A stretch of DNA of 64,000 nt, taken from a virus (taxonomy: Duplodnaviria; Heunggongvirae; Uroviricota; Caudoviricetes). A program made the position numbers and the translations under genes. The stretch's first letter is position 1; each line of letters opens with the position of its first letter. The notes below the pieces were generated by a model. The model was given only the letters and a program-made list of their open reading frames with translations. It searched no databases and had not been told where the DNA came from. The DNA lies in IMG/VR virus record IMGVR_UViG_3300033072_001087, positions 50,816-114,815 of that record. One strand, written 5' to 3'. Shown piece by piece: positions 55,779 through 64,000 of this stretch.

Positions 55779-57404
55779 TCAAGCCCCAAGTGTGCCACTT
55801 AAGAGTTCCAGCACTTGTGCTTTTTCCGCCACCCATTCTAGAATACTCTCTGGTAATTCAGAGAGAATTTCATCGATAGAGCGCAAGCGTAGGTGCGCTG
55901 CCATCAATAATAAATCCTGTGGGGTGATTGTGTCATCCCCTACAAAATCGGGGTAATATTGTGTAACATACTCCAATGGCTCTAGCGCATCCTGATCGAT
56001 CGCCTGTTCAACGACGGAAAAGAGCGTCGGATCATGAAAATCGCCGCGATCAAGCAAGCGTAGGTTGTGACTGCGAAACTCGCGTTTCAAGTACCAGTGA
56101 TGCGTGAGGTATCCATAAGCAACCGACTGCTCCAGCATGTGTGAGTCGGGAACGGGCGCAACAATGGTGACGGGCTGTTTTATGGACGGCGTTTCGCGAA
56201 TAGAATCGATCGGCAATGACAGCGACAGCGCGATCTTCTGCTGTGCGTCGATTCGTTCCAAGTGATTAGAAGAGGAAAGCAGTTCAATCAGCCGCAGCGC
56301 CGCGTTTTTGCGTTCTTGAAACGATTGTGGATTGCCGCGCAGTTCATGGGCGATCATGTAATCCACAACTGGAATCGCCTGCGCGATCGCGCTTGCCCAT
56401 GTCCCCGCCTTCACTAGATCGTCCGGATCCGCGCCCTGCGGAAGTTCTGCTACCCACAAGTCATAAGCTGTCTTCGCCAACTGCGCGATCCCACCGACCG
56501 TCGCGCTCTCCCCCGCCTTGTCACCATCCAGCGCGAGAATGGTTTTGCTCTTGCCGATGAGTTTTGCCTGTGCGTCGGTCAGTTGTGTACCCATCTGCGC
56601 GACGACATCCCGATACCCCGCCAAATGACACTGAATGACATCGAAATAGCCTTCTACCAGCACCATTGAACGTGTTGAGCGAATGACGGATTTGCCCTGC
56701 ACGTAGCCGTACAGGATGGAGCCACGATCAAAGATTTCGGTGCGTGGCGTATTTAAGAATTTCGGCTGCACATCATCGCTCAATGAGCGCCCGGAAAAGC
56801 CGACGATCGCGCCACTTGCATCGAATAACGGAATAATCAACCGTCCGCGAAACAATTCCGTAATTCCGTGTTCGCCTTTATGCAGCAACCCGATTGCCAA
56901 CAATTCGCTTTCCTTGAAGCCCCGCTTTTCGAGTGTTTTTGCGACGCCCCAACGCGGTGAATAGCCCAAGCGAAATTCGCTCATGAGCGCTTCGCCAAGC
57001 CCACGCGCTTCAAGGTGATCGCGCGCTGGATTAGATGTTTCGACAAGCGACTGACTGTACAATTCAGCCGCCGCCGCCAACGCGTCGTAAAGCCGCTGCT
57101 TGTGCCGCGATCCCTGCCGTTGAATTTCGACTCCCGCTTCTTTCGCAAGATTCTCAATCGCGGTTGCCAGATCCCAACCGTGTTTGAGCCGCGCGAAATC
57201 AATGACATCGCCGCCCGTTGCGCACGCCCCAAAACAGCGCCATTTCCCCGTATCCGCGTTGAGAACAAAAGAAGGCGTCGAATCGTCGTGCAGCGGACAG
57301 CGGCATTTGTAGCGATTGGTTCCGGTTTGCTTGACGTCTGGCGCGAACTGCCGTACATACGACAGCAGATCGATTTTGTTCTTAATATCTTCGATTGTGG
57401 ACAA
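55779..57404 (-). CDS. dnaG: DNA primase.
   Basis: Zinc-binding CHC2 region YKCRCPLHDDSTPSF...WRCFGAC, TOPRIM LVEGYFDVI...DGDKAG. Confidence 0.85.
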   Translation of the reverse strand: MSTIEDIKNKIDLLSYVRQFAPDVKQTGTNRYKCRCPLHDDSTPSFVLNADTGKWRCFGACATGGDVIDFARLKHGWDLATAIENLAKEAGVEIQRQGSRHKQRLYDALAAAAELYSQSLVETSNPARDHLEARGLGEALMSEFRLGYSPRWGVAKTLEKRGFKESELLAIGLLHKGEHGITELFRGRLIIPLFDASGAIVGFSGRSLSDDVQPKFLNTPRTEIFDRGSILYGYVQGKSVIRSTRSMVLVEGYFDVIQCHLAGYRDVVAQMGTQLTDAQAKLIGKSKTILALDGDKAGESATVGGIAQLAKTAYDLWVAELPQGADPDDLVKAGTWASAIAQAIPVVDYMIAHELRGNPQSFQERKNAALRLIELLSSSNHLERIDAQQKIALSLSLPIDSIRETPSIKQPVTIVAPVPDSHMLEQSVAYGYLTHHWYLKREFRSHNLRLLDRGDFHDPTLFSVVEQAIDQDALEPLEYVTQYYPDFVGDDTITPQDLLLMAAHLRLRSIDEILSELPESILEWVAEKAQVLELLSGTLGA

Positions 57405-57612
57405 GCCGTATCCCTCGTGTGACGCGCGGCGTATAATGAATACGCCCCTGCTTCGCCAGTTTCAAAACGTGCCAACGCGCCGTACCTACATTCATATCGA
57501 ATTTCTCGGCAATATCGTACAGCGATGGCGAACAATCTTGGTCATAGATGAAATCGCGAATAAAGATCTCCATCTCTTGCCGTAATTGCCGTCCTTCTAA
57601 CCCCTTACGCAT
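57382..57612 (-). CDS. LexA-like winged-helix DNA-binding protein (DBD only, no protease domain).
   Basis: QEMEIFIRDFIYDQDCSPSLYDIAEKFDMNVGTARWHVLKLAKQGRI follows the LexA N-terminal domain pattern. 76 aa. Confidence 0.45.
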   Translation of the reverse strand: MRKGLEGRQLRQEMEIFIRDFIYDQDCSPSLYDIAEKFDMNVGTARWHVLKLAKQGRIHYTPRVTRGIRLVHNRRY

Positions 57613-57624
57613 GGCGATACCAAC

Positions 57625-58242
57625 CTACCCTATATCGAACAACTGCATCTGTTTTACCATATCCAACGCCTCTGGAATTGACTCCATTGGCATTTGTTTG
57701 CGTTTGCTAATTTTCGCGAAGGTAAACGGTCGTCCGATTCCCAATCTCCACGTAAACCAGACCGATGCGAATTGACTACTGCTGCCCTCAAAGCCGATGT
57801 TTGGCATTCCGTAGTCGATACGCTTATTCATGAACACGAACTCGAACCCGTAGCGATCAAAGAGCGCCTGCGCCTGCCCGGATCCCAATACATCGAGTGG
57901 CATGATCAGCGCAAATGGCTTATCCAGCAAATAGGCGCGTGTCAGCCATTTATACTTTATGCTGAACGGCGGATTTGTGACCATGACATCGTAGTGATCA
58001 GGAACGCTTTCACTCAGAAAGTAGTTCTGTCCGGTCAAAAGATCGCCGCTAATGACCTTATGTCCGTTTGTCAAGAGCGTCCGTTCAATATAACCACCCC
58101 CTCGCGCTGGTTCCCAAATCACCCACTCCGGCTTCAAGTACGGAAGAATCGGATCGAGCGCGTAATCAGGAGTTTGGCACTGATCGCGTCGATTTACGGT
58201 CGATCCGTTCGACTGCTTGTCGTTGCGCTTGGGCTTGCTCAT
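57625..58242 (-). CDS. N6-adenine DNA methyltransferase.
   Basis: MVTNPPF (NPPF motif IV) and an upstream EPARGGG motif-I-like region. Confidence 0.7.
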   Translation of the reverse strand: MSKPKRNDKQSNGSTVNRRDQCQTPDYALDPILPYLKPEWVIWEPARGGGYIERTLLTNGHKVISGDLLTGQNYFLSESVPDHYDVMVTNPPFSIKYKWLTRAYLLDKPFALIMPLDVLGSGQAQALFDRYGFEFVFMNKRIDYGMPNIGFEGSSSQFASVWFTWRLGIGRPFTFAKISKRKQMPMESIPEALDMVKQMQLFDIG

Positions 58243-59702
58243 ATCCCGCTACCGGCATACTCATCGGCGTCAAAGATCTTCATGTAAGACGTGTCGATGC
58301 GGAACAAAATATCATCATGCGTATCGACATTGCGCCCTTTGGCGATGATAAGTTCCGCTTCGTGCGGATCGCCATATCCCTTGTTCTTTTGTAGCTTCGA
58401 TGGACGCCACAGAAACAGGACGCCATCGGCATTGTCCTGCGCGGCTGAAGTGCCAAACAGATCATTCATGTTGAATTTGTCGTCTTCGCTGCGCCCTTCG
58501 TAATTTCGGTTCATTTGCGTGGCGCAGATCAACGGCGCGTGTGCAAAATCTTTCTTTGACCACTTGTCGATTCGCGTGAACATCGCCGCCATTTCCGATG
58601 GCGTATCCGTTCCGCCAGCAAACTTGGTCGTCTTCGCGTAGTCAAGGAATAGAATGTCAAAGCCCGGATTATAGAATGCGCTGTAAATCTCGCTCTCCAA
58701 TTCATCCAGCGTCGGGCTTACCTTGCGTAGAATCGTGAATTGTCCGCTGCCGACCAGCGTTGCGACGCGCTGCTGCGCTTCCGCCAGCCGCTCCAGTTCG
58801 TCTCCCTGAAAATCGCGTTTTTGATAGTGCGTGTAATCTATGCGTCCAAGATTGCAAATCAGGCGATCGATAAACTCGTTGGGGTCCATTTCCAGTGTCA
58901 CGTACAGAACGCGATACCCCGCCATCGCGGCGTTGAGCGCCCAATTCATCATGACTACCGTCTTCCCCCAGCCTTGCGGCGCAGAGAAGATATAGAGTCG
59001 CCCGCGCTGCCAGCCCAACAACGCCTCATCCATCGCTTTGAGTCCGGTTGTGATGCCCGGCTTAAACGACGGATCGGCGATCTCGGCTTTGACCTGTTCG
59101 ATACGCTTTTGTACTGTATCCACAGCGTCATACAACGATTGCCCGCTCATGCTGTCAAGCCGCATTTGCAGTTGACGTTCGGCGGAGCGAATTTCTGCCA
59201 GCGCGGATGGCAAATCGCGCTGCGAATCGTCAAGAATACTAAGCGCATGTTGGCTCAAATACATAAACCCACGACGGACGGATAAACGCATCAAAGCGTC
59301 CGCGTAGGATTGCACAGAAAGCCCCTTTACAGACGCGATCAGCGTGTTTAGGTAGCTATCCCCCCCAACGTAATCCAGAACCGATCTAGCCCCATTTTTG
59401 ACCGATTCCAAGCGTGTTCTGAGAGTTGTTAGATCGACGTGCTGCCCATCGCGTGCGATTGCTTGCATCGCCTTGTAAATCGTGCCGTTTTGCACGAAAT
59501 AGAAATCTCTGTAATCGAGTCCGCCGATGCTTTTCATCAGCGCCGATGTATCAGCGCTTGGCGACTGCCCCTTGAGCAGAATCGCGCCTAACAGCGATTG
59601 TTCAAGTGTGCGATCGGACGGATAATCAGGATCCTTTTTGTTGCCGACAACGACTTTCGTTGGCGTCGAAATCTGGTTGTTGACCCAAATATCGATGGTC
59701 AT
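58239..59702 (-). CDS. dnaB: Replicative DNA helicase (DnaB family).
   Basis: N-terminal EQSLLGAILLKG, Walker A IFSAPQGWGKT, RecA-like core. Confidence 0.85.
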   Translation of the reverse strand: MTIDIWVNNQISTPTKVVVGNKKDPDYPSDRTLEQSLLGAILLKGQSPSADTSALMKSIGGLDYRDFYFVQNGTIYKAMQAIARDGQHVDLTTLRTRLESVKNGARSVLDYVGGDSYLNTLIASVKGLSVQSYADALMRLSVRRGFMYLSQHALSILDDSQRDLPSALAEIRSAERQLQMRLDSMSGQSLYDAVDTVQKRIEQVKAEIADPSFKPGITTGLKAMDEALLGWQRGRLYIFSAPQGWGKTVVMMNWALNAAMAGYRVLYVTLEMDPNEFIDRLICNLGRIDYTHYQKRDFQGDELERLAEAQQRVATLVGSGQFTILRKVSPTLDELESEIYSAFYNPGFDILFLDYAKTTKFAGGTDTPSEMAAMFTRIDKWSKKDFAHAPLICATQMNRNYEGRSEDDKFNMNDLFGTSAAQDNADGVLFLWRPSKLQKNKGYGDPHEAELIIAKGRNVDTHDDILFRIDTSYMKIFDADEYAGSGI

Positions 59703-59704
59703 GT

Positions 59705-60703
59705 TCAGCCTCGCGGGGTTGATGCAAGACGCGCGATCTCGTCACGCTTCCTGAAAAACTCGGCGATTTTCTCTGGATCGGCTGGTGCCATTTTCGTCTC
59801 CTGTGCTGGTTTGATGCGCTTGAGCAGTCGTTCGCGCGCAACCCGGACCGCCGTGTCGCTGCGTTCGTGCGCCAAAAACGCCTCAAAGTGATGTTGGATG
59901 GTTTCGGGCTTGGTCGGAATCGGTGTATCACCGTACATCATGCGCCAATATGCGCCGAATGCCTCGACGTGTGGTGCTGTTACTTCGCCGTCGATCTTAA
60001 AATCACCCCATTTTCCCGTACCCCGCCCTTGAAAATAAGCGATCAACTTGCCCGGAAACGGCCCGGCCTTGAGCCGGTAAGCAACGCAAACCGCATCCAT
60101 CCACGCACGATGACTCGCGAGTATTTCGTCGTCGCTTTGCGACGACAGATCTTTTAAATCTTTTTTCTTTTCTTTGTCTTTATCTTTGTCTTTAGGTCCT
60201 ATAGGCCCCGGGACTTTAGCCTTAAGAGACAAGAGAAGAGAGTCTAGGATCCGCGCGCGCGCGTCCGAAGGCAGCACCGCTAAATCTGGCTGTGCTTCAA
60301 GGTTTTCCCTCAACTGTTCAGCAAGCACCGCTAAATCTGGCTGTGCTTCTTCGACGGTTTCGGGCAGCACCGCTAAATCTGACGATGCTTTCGCTGCGAC
60401 ATATTCAAGGTTATCGACGTGACGATCTTGCAGTTCGATGCGGGTTGAAATGCCCCGCGCGGCTTCTGATTTGGTGGGTGTTGTGCATTTAAGATAGCCA
60501 AGCCGTTCAAGCGACTCGCGTGCTTCGCGTGTTTTGCTGACACTCATCTTACAGGCTGCGGCGGTTGTCTCAAGGGACTCGTCGCTGTTTGCGCCGAGCG
60601 ATAGATAATGACCGAGAAGCCGATGCTCGTATGGGTCAAGCTCTTCCGCCAGCATCGGCATGGTGTAGTCGTAGCGGGGAGCGGTTGAAATAATGGTTTG
60701 CAT
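59705..60703 (-). CDS. Replication initiation protein (HTH N-terminus) containing internal repeats.
   Basis: Position upstream of dnaB. wHTH-like N-terminus. Repeated peptide (Q)PDLAVL(AEQ) three times. Confidence 0.45.
   Translation of the reverse strand: MQTIISTAPRYDYTMPMLAEELDPYEHRLLGHYLSLGANSDESLETTAAACKMSVSKTREARESLERLGYLKCTTPTKSEAARGISTRIELQDRHVDNLEYVAAKASSDLAVLPETVEEAQPDLAVLAEQLRENLEAQPDLAVLPSDARARILDSLLLSLKAKVPGPIGPKDKDKDKEKKKDLKDLSSQSDDEILASHRAWMDAVCVAYRLKAGPFPGKLIAYFQGRGTGKWGDFKIDGEVTAPHVEAFGAYWRMMYGDTPIPTKPETIQHHFEAFLAHERSDTAVRVARERLLKRIKPAQETKMAPADPEKIAEFFRKRDEIARLASTPRG
60273..60391. repeat. Three direct repeats of about 26 bp (agcaccgctaaatctggctgtgcttc), a candidate origin with iterons inside the initiator gene.
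   Basis: Copies at 60273-60298 and 60324-60349 are identical. The third, at 60366-60391, has a few mismatches. Confidence 0.5.
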
Positions 60704-60762
60704 GAGTTGTTCTCAATAGACCATAGAGGGACACAGAGTCCCTCTATGGCGCTTGCTTTTGG

Positions 60763-62163
60763 TTAGAACGGGATGTCTGCCATCGAGAGGCTGACGCCGA
60801 CAACTTCCATGTAGGCGCGATCCGCTTCGCCGCGCTTTTCCCATGTCAGCAGTACCAGCTTGTCGAGTGACAGCTTGCTTTTCAGACCTTCGTCCTGTAG
60901 GTTTTGCAGTCCGGTCTCGTCGATTTCGGCAAAGATTTCACGCAGCTTTGTGCGTCCGGCGTGATAGCTCAGATCGCCGATAACCGTGTGGAACACGATC
61001 GGTTTGCCCTTGCCTGCATAACTGACATCACGCGCTGTCACCGGGAGAAGGCGCTTGACAACTTCGGCGATAATCCCTGCCCGCGCCGCTTCTTCCGATG
61101 CAAAGCCTCTTACGTCGGATACCGGAGCGCTGATGAGGATGAGTTCGGCGGGAGTTTCAAAGTTTGCCTGACACCACGCGTCAAGATGCGCGATGGACTG
61201 TTCGTCCCATGTGAATTTCGGCTTTGGCTTGTTGTTTGCCGCAAGCGATTGCAGGTGCGCATCCATCGCCGCCAAGAACGAATCGACGGTTGGATAAGTC
61301 TTGAGATCAAGTTCGCTAAAGCCCTTGATCGGATGTCCAAGCATTTCGCCCGTTTCCTTGAGTGCCGCTTCCCAATCGACGTTCTTCGGCTTGCCCTTTT
61401 CGGTGAACTCGTGTTTGCGCCAGTATGCGGCGAAGGCTTGCTTGGCGGTGTCGTCCGTAATCCAATGCTTGATTTCAGCGGAGCCGCCGTTCCCGCTGGC
61501 TGCGCCCGCTGCCGAGTCTGGCGCGGGTGTTGCTGACTCCCCGTGTTTCGGGAGCGCGCGTAAAGGGGGCGTTGTCGATCTAACCTCCTCAACTTCGCCG
61601 ACTACCGTCATGTTGCCTTCGGCGTCTACATCTACGTCCGCTCCTAATTCATCTGGCGTGTACAAGCCTAAGATGACATCGGGGAACACGACACGGGCGC
61701 AAGCAGCGACCGCGCGCCATTTGAGCATTGTCTTCGGCTGTTTCTTGTAGTTCTCTTTGGCAGCCAGCCCCAATTTCTGAGCATCGTCCATCGAGAAACT
61801 TTCGGTGTGCGCCGCGCGCCCTGAGCGCTTCATGGTGACGATGGCGACCGTATCGCTGCAGTCAAATTCGATGTTTTCCAGAAGCCCGCTAGCGTTGATC
61901 ATCGCCAACATCAACTGCGGCGACGCCGCAGGCTTGCCATTGATGACGTTGATGTTGTTGATGCTCGTCCAGTAGGATAAGCCATATTCAGCGCCCATCA
62001 TGATAATGGCGGCTGCTTGCTGTTCGCTGCGGATGTGGGATGGCATGAACCCGCTCCGCACAAGCACCGACGAGATTTGGATAATGGTGTTGAGGTCATT
62101 CATGTCGCGTGGCACGCCAACAATACCCTTCGGCTGTGTCGTCGTTATTGCCATGTCTACCAT
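60763..62163 (-). CDS. RecT-like single-strand annealing protein with a C-terminal extension.
   Basis: N-terminal 200 aa (SQLLMAMINASGLLENIEFDCSDTVAIVTMKR...YKKQPKTMLKWRAVA) fits the RecT-family pattern. The C-terminal 250 aa are unassigned. Confidence 0.5.
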   Translation of the reverse strand: MVDMAITTTQPKGIVGVPRDMNDLNTIIQISSVLVRSGFMPSHIRSEQQAAAIIMMGAEYGLSYWTSINNINVINGKPAASPQLMLAMINASGLLENIEFDCSDTVAIVTMKRSGRAAHTESFSMDDAQKLGLAAKENYKKQPKTMLKWRAVAACARVVFPDVILGLYTPDELGADVDVDAEGNMTVVGEVEEVRSTTPPLRALPKHGESATPAPDSAAGAASGNGGSAEIKHWITDDTAKQAFAAYWRKHEFTEKGKPKNVDWEAALKETGEMLGHPIKGFSELDLKTYPTVDSFLAAMDAHLQSLAANNKPKPKFTWDEQSIAHLDAWCQANFETPAELILISAPVSDVRGFASEEAARAGIIAEVVKRLLPVTARDVSYAGKGKPIVFHTVIGDLSYHAGRTKLREIFAEIDETGLQNLQDEGLKSKLSLDKLVLLTWEKRGEADRAYMEVVGVSLSMADIPF

Positions 62164-62354
62164 ACTGCGTCTCCCGCAATAATTAATTTGGCGATTACGA
62201 AAGAATAAGGCGCAATGCTCGTAAGCCGTGCGCCCTTAGTTTTTCTCAATATTGTATCGGGTTTGTTTGCCATTGACCATTGAGACTTGTTTTGCTCTTT
62301 TATCCCTGCTATCATTTATTCTATCACCTTAAATCTCTCAAGGCAAGGGTCAAA

Positions 62355-62594
62355 ATGTCAAGGAAAATAGGATCGGGATTTATAAAAGAAGGCGAAACAG
62401 CAGTGCATGTTCGTCTTAAATCTGACGTTCACGGCGCTGCGGCGTTGTTGATCGAAACCAACACGGCGCATAAGGGCAAGACGGTTGAAATGGTACTGGA
62501 CGAAATGCTGCGCGAAGAATTACGGCTGCATATCGAAGCGTACCAAAAAATAGAAAATGCAAAGCAGAAGGCTTTAGCGCATCTGGTCGAGTAG
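62355..62594 (+). CDS. Small protein (about 80 aa) at the start of a plus-strand unit divergent from recT.
   Basis: ORF following a 190-bp AT-richer intergenic region. Confidence 0.3.
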   Translation: MSRKIGSGFIKEGETAVHVRLKSDVHGAAALLIETNTAHKGKTVEMVLDEMLREELRLHIEAYQKIENAKQKALAHLVE

Positions 62595-62671
62595 GTGGTA
62601 TAATAGACGGCATCAGTGATGTCCGTTTATGTGTGGGAAAATGACCACAACAACCTCTCAAGGATAAGCCA

Positions 62672-63586
62672 ATGAGCCTAGCAGTACGAACGGCGGATGG
62701 TCTTGACGACCAGACCGCTATTACGAGTCGGTCGGAACGGTTAAAGGCGCTTGAGGCGCGAATCGAAACCAACAAGCGTGCGTTCATTCAGGTCGGCATG
62801 GATCTAGCCGAGATCCATGCCGATCGTTTGTATAAAGAGTCGGGTTATGCCAACTGGAACCAATACTGCCGCGATCGGTGGGGCTTCAGCGGACGCAAGG
62901 GTTATTTCCAGATCGGTGCGGCATTGATTGCGATGGAAATTGAAACCGATACCCCCGCCACCAGCGAATCACAGGTGCGCCCTTTGACGCTTGACGGCTT
63001 GAGCGATGACGCGCGCAGCATCATCTGGAATCGCGCCGCCCAAGACGAACGCACGACCGGAGACGCGCCAACCGCTAAAGTCGTGACTGAACACCGCGAT
63101 CGCTTTATTGTCGAAGCCTGCCCCTACGAATACATCAAAGAGTCTGTGAACAATTGTTCACTTCAACCAAAAGACGCCGCCGCCTTGATCGTTGCTTTGG
63201 ATTCCGCCCCGAATCGCGTTGTGCGCGATGCGTTGGCCAGTGCCAAAATCCAAGACAAGTCTTTGGCGTTGGAATTGGTTCGACTCTACAACGATAATTC
63301 ATCGACGTTCGGCGAAGTCATGGCTTCCCGTCACATTCAAGTCGAAGATACCGCGATTCCGCTTGAGAAAGCGCGTGTCGGCGATCTGCGCGTACTCTTG
63401 GATGCAAAGGCAAAAGAGCATCGCGCAGCCGCGCAAGCCGAACGCGATGCTGACAAGCGGGTGACGCCGATCTCGTTGGTGATTTACCGTAACGATCCGC
63501 GCGCCACGTACCGCGAACTGCAGCGCGCGTTGACGACCGACGATCTTCGCGGACTAAAAACCATCCTAAACGCGGCGGATGTTTGA
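62672..63586 (+). CDS. Hypothetical protein.
   Basis: 304-aa ORF. Confidence 0.35.
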   Translation: MSLAVRTADGLDDQTAITSRSERLKALEARIETNKRAFIQVGMDLAEIHADRLYKESGYANWNQYCRDRWGFSGRKGYFQIGAALIAMEIETDTPATSESQVRPLTLDGLSDDARSIIWNRAAQDERTTGDAPTAKVVTEHRDRFIVEACPYEYIKESVNNCSLQPKDAAALIVALDSAPNRVVRDALASAKIQDKSLALELVRLYNDNSSTFGEVMASRHIQVEDTAIPLEKARVGDLRVLLDAKAKEHRAAAQAERDADKRVTPISLVIYRNDPRATYRELQRALTTDDLRGLKTILNAADV

Positions 63587-63760
63587 GCCTAGTAGATAGA
63601 GCAGGTTGCAAAGCTGTAGAAACACAAGGGAAGCCACGCCGGTGAATACAACAGCGGGGTTTTCCTTGTGGGTGTCAGCCACAAGCATAGTTACGCCGTA
63701 GGCGATCATGATTCCGATGGTGAATAGGATGTACTTGATCGCTCTGATGTCTTTTTCCAT
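63566..63760 (-). CDS. Small membrane protein.
   Basis: YILFTIGIMIAYGVTMLVA TM segment. Confidence 0.3.
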   Translation of the reverse strand: MEKDIRAIKYILFTIGIMIAYGVTMLVADTHKENPAVVFTGVASLVFLQLCNLLYLLGSNIRRV

Positions 63761-64000
63761 GTTCTTATTCCTCTGTCATTTCGTGATATGATTTTGCCAG
63801 CCCGTACTTGCGTGCGATGTTCCACAAATCATCAGCAATCGCATCGATTTGTGTTGCATTGGCGTAACGCAAATAGCGGTCGATGTCTTCAACCGCATAC
63901 CGCGCTTTGCCGATACGCCAACCACGAAAGAAGTCCCGTTTTTCCCGACCAGTCAGCTTTCGACCGATTTCTTGTTCGCGTTCGGCAAGCGCTTCGTGTA

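Noticed and set aside
60273-60391. Possible CRISPR array
   Set aside because: Only three repeats, the third imperfect, lying inside a coding gene and translated as a peptide repeat. No cas genes.
62164-62354. Defined sigma70-type divergent promoters
   Set aside because: A TTGACC hexamer is present, but no -10 element at 16-18-bp spacing. Left as an unresolved intergenic control region.

Overview
The whole 64 kb window reads as phage DNA, most likely one temperate, siphovirus-like, HK97-type phage or prophage. No host housekeeping genes, tRNAs or CRISPR arrays are visible. Gene layout, by module: (1) 1-5.7 kb, minus-strand accessory/early genes: HNH endonuclease, DUF262/ParB-like nuclease, Gp37/Gp68 family protein. 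(2) 5.8-36 kb, plus-strand late module: ParB-DNA methylase fusion, small and large terminase, portal, then an inserted four-enzyme sugar/amino-sugar cassette (GT4 glycosyltransferase, ATP-grasp ligase, NAD-epimerase/dehydratase, DegT aminotransferase) ending in a Mu Com-like zinc ribbon and a strong terminator. After that come scaffold/protease-like protein, DUF2190 decoration-like protein, major capsid protein, a second GT4 glycosyltransferase, connectors, HK97 gp10-like protein, major tail protein, chaperone pair, a 1769-aa tape measure, large tail/fibre proteins with BNR and C1q-like domains, and membrane proteins. (3) 36-42.3 kb, plus strand: HTH-metallophosphoesterase; a promoter region carrying a Cheo-type GAAC-N4-GTTC box plus a 15-bp-arm perfect palindrome; small unknown ORFs; tyrosine integrase; a GH5-like hydrolase fused to SH3b; strong terminator. 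(4) 42.5-62.2 kb, minus-strand replication/metabolism module: three separate DNA methyltransferases plus a Dam-like one (five DNA MTase domains in the window counting the ParB fusion), DnaN, RNA-ligase-like enzyme, HAD phosphatase, SPFH membrane protein, minimal nucleotidyltransferase, J-domain/kinase-like fusion, adenylosuccinate-synthetase-like (PurA/PurZ-like) enzyme, vWA protein, DnaG, LexA-DBD-only protein, DnaB, initiator gene with internal iteron-like repeats, RecT-like annealase. The features I would look at first are the glycan-biosynthesis cassette embedded in the head-morphogenesis operon (possible virion glycosylation or DNA hypermodification), the PurA/PurZ-like gene with its unusual neighbours, the very heavy methyltransferase load, and the SOS-type operator architecture at 37.2 kb. 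All functional calls rest on motif-level reading of the translated ORFs; no database search was possible.
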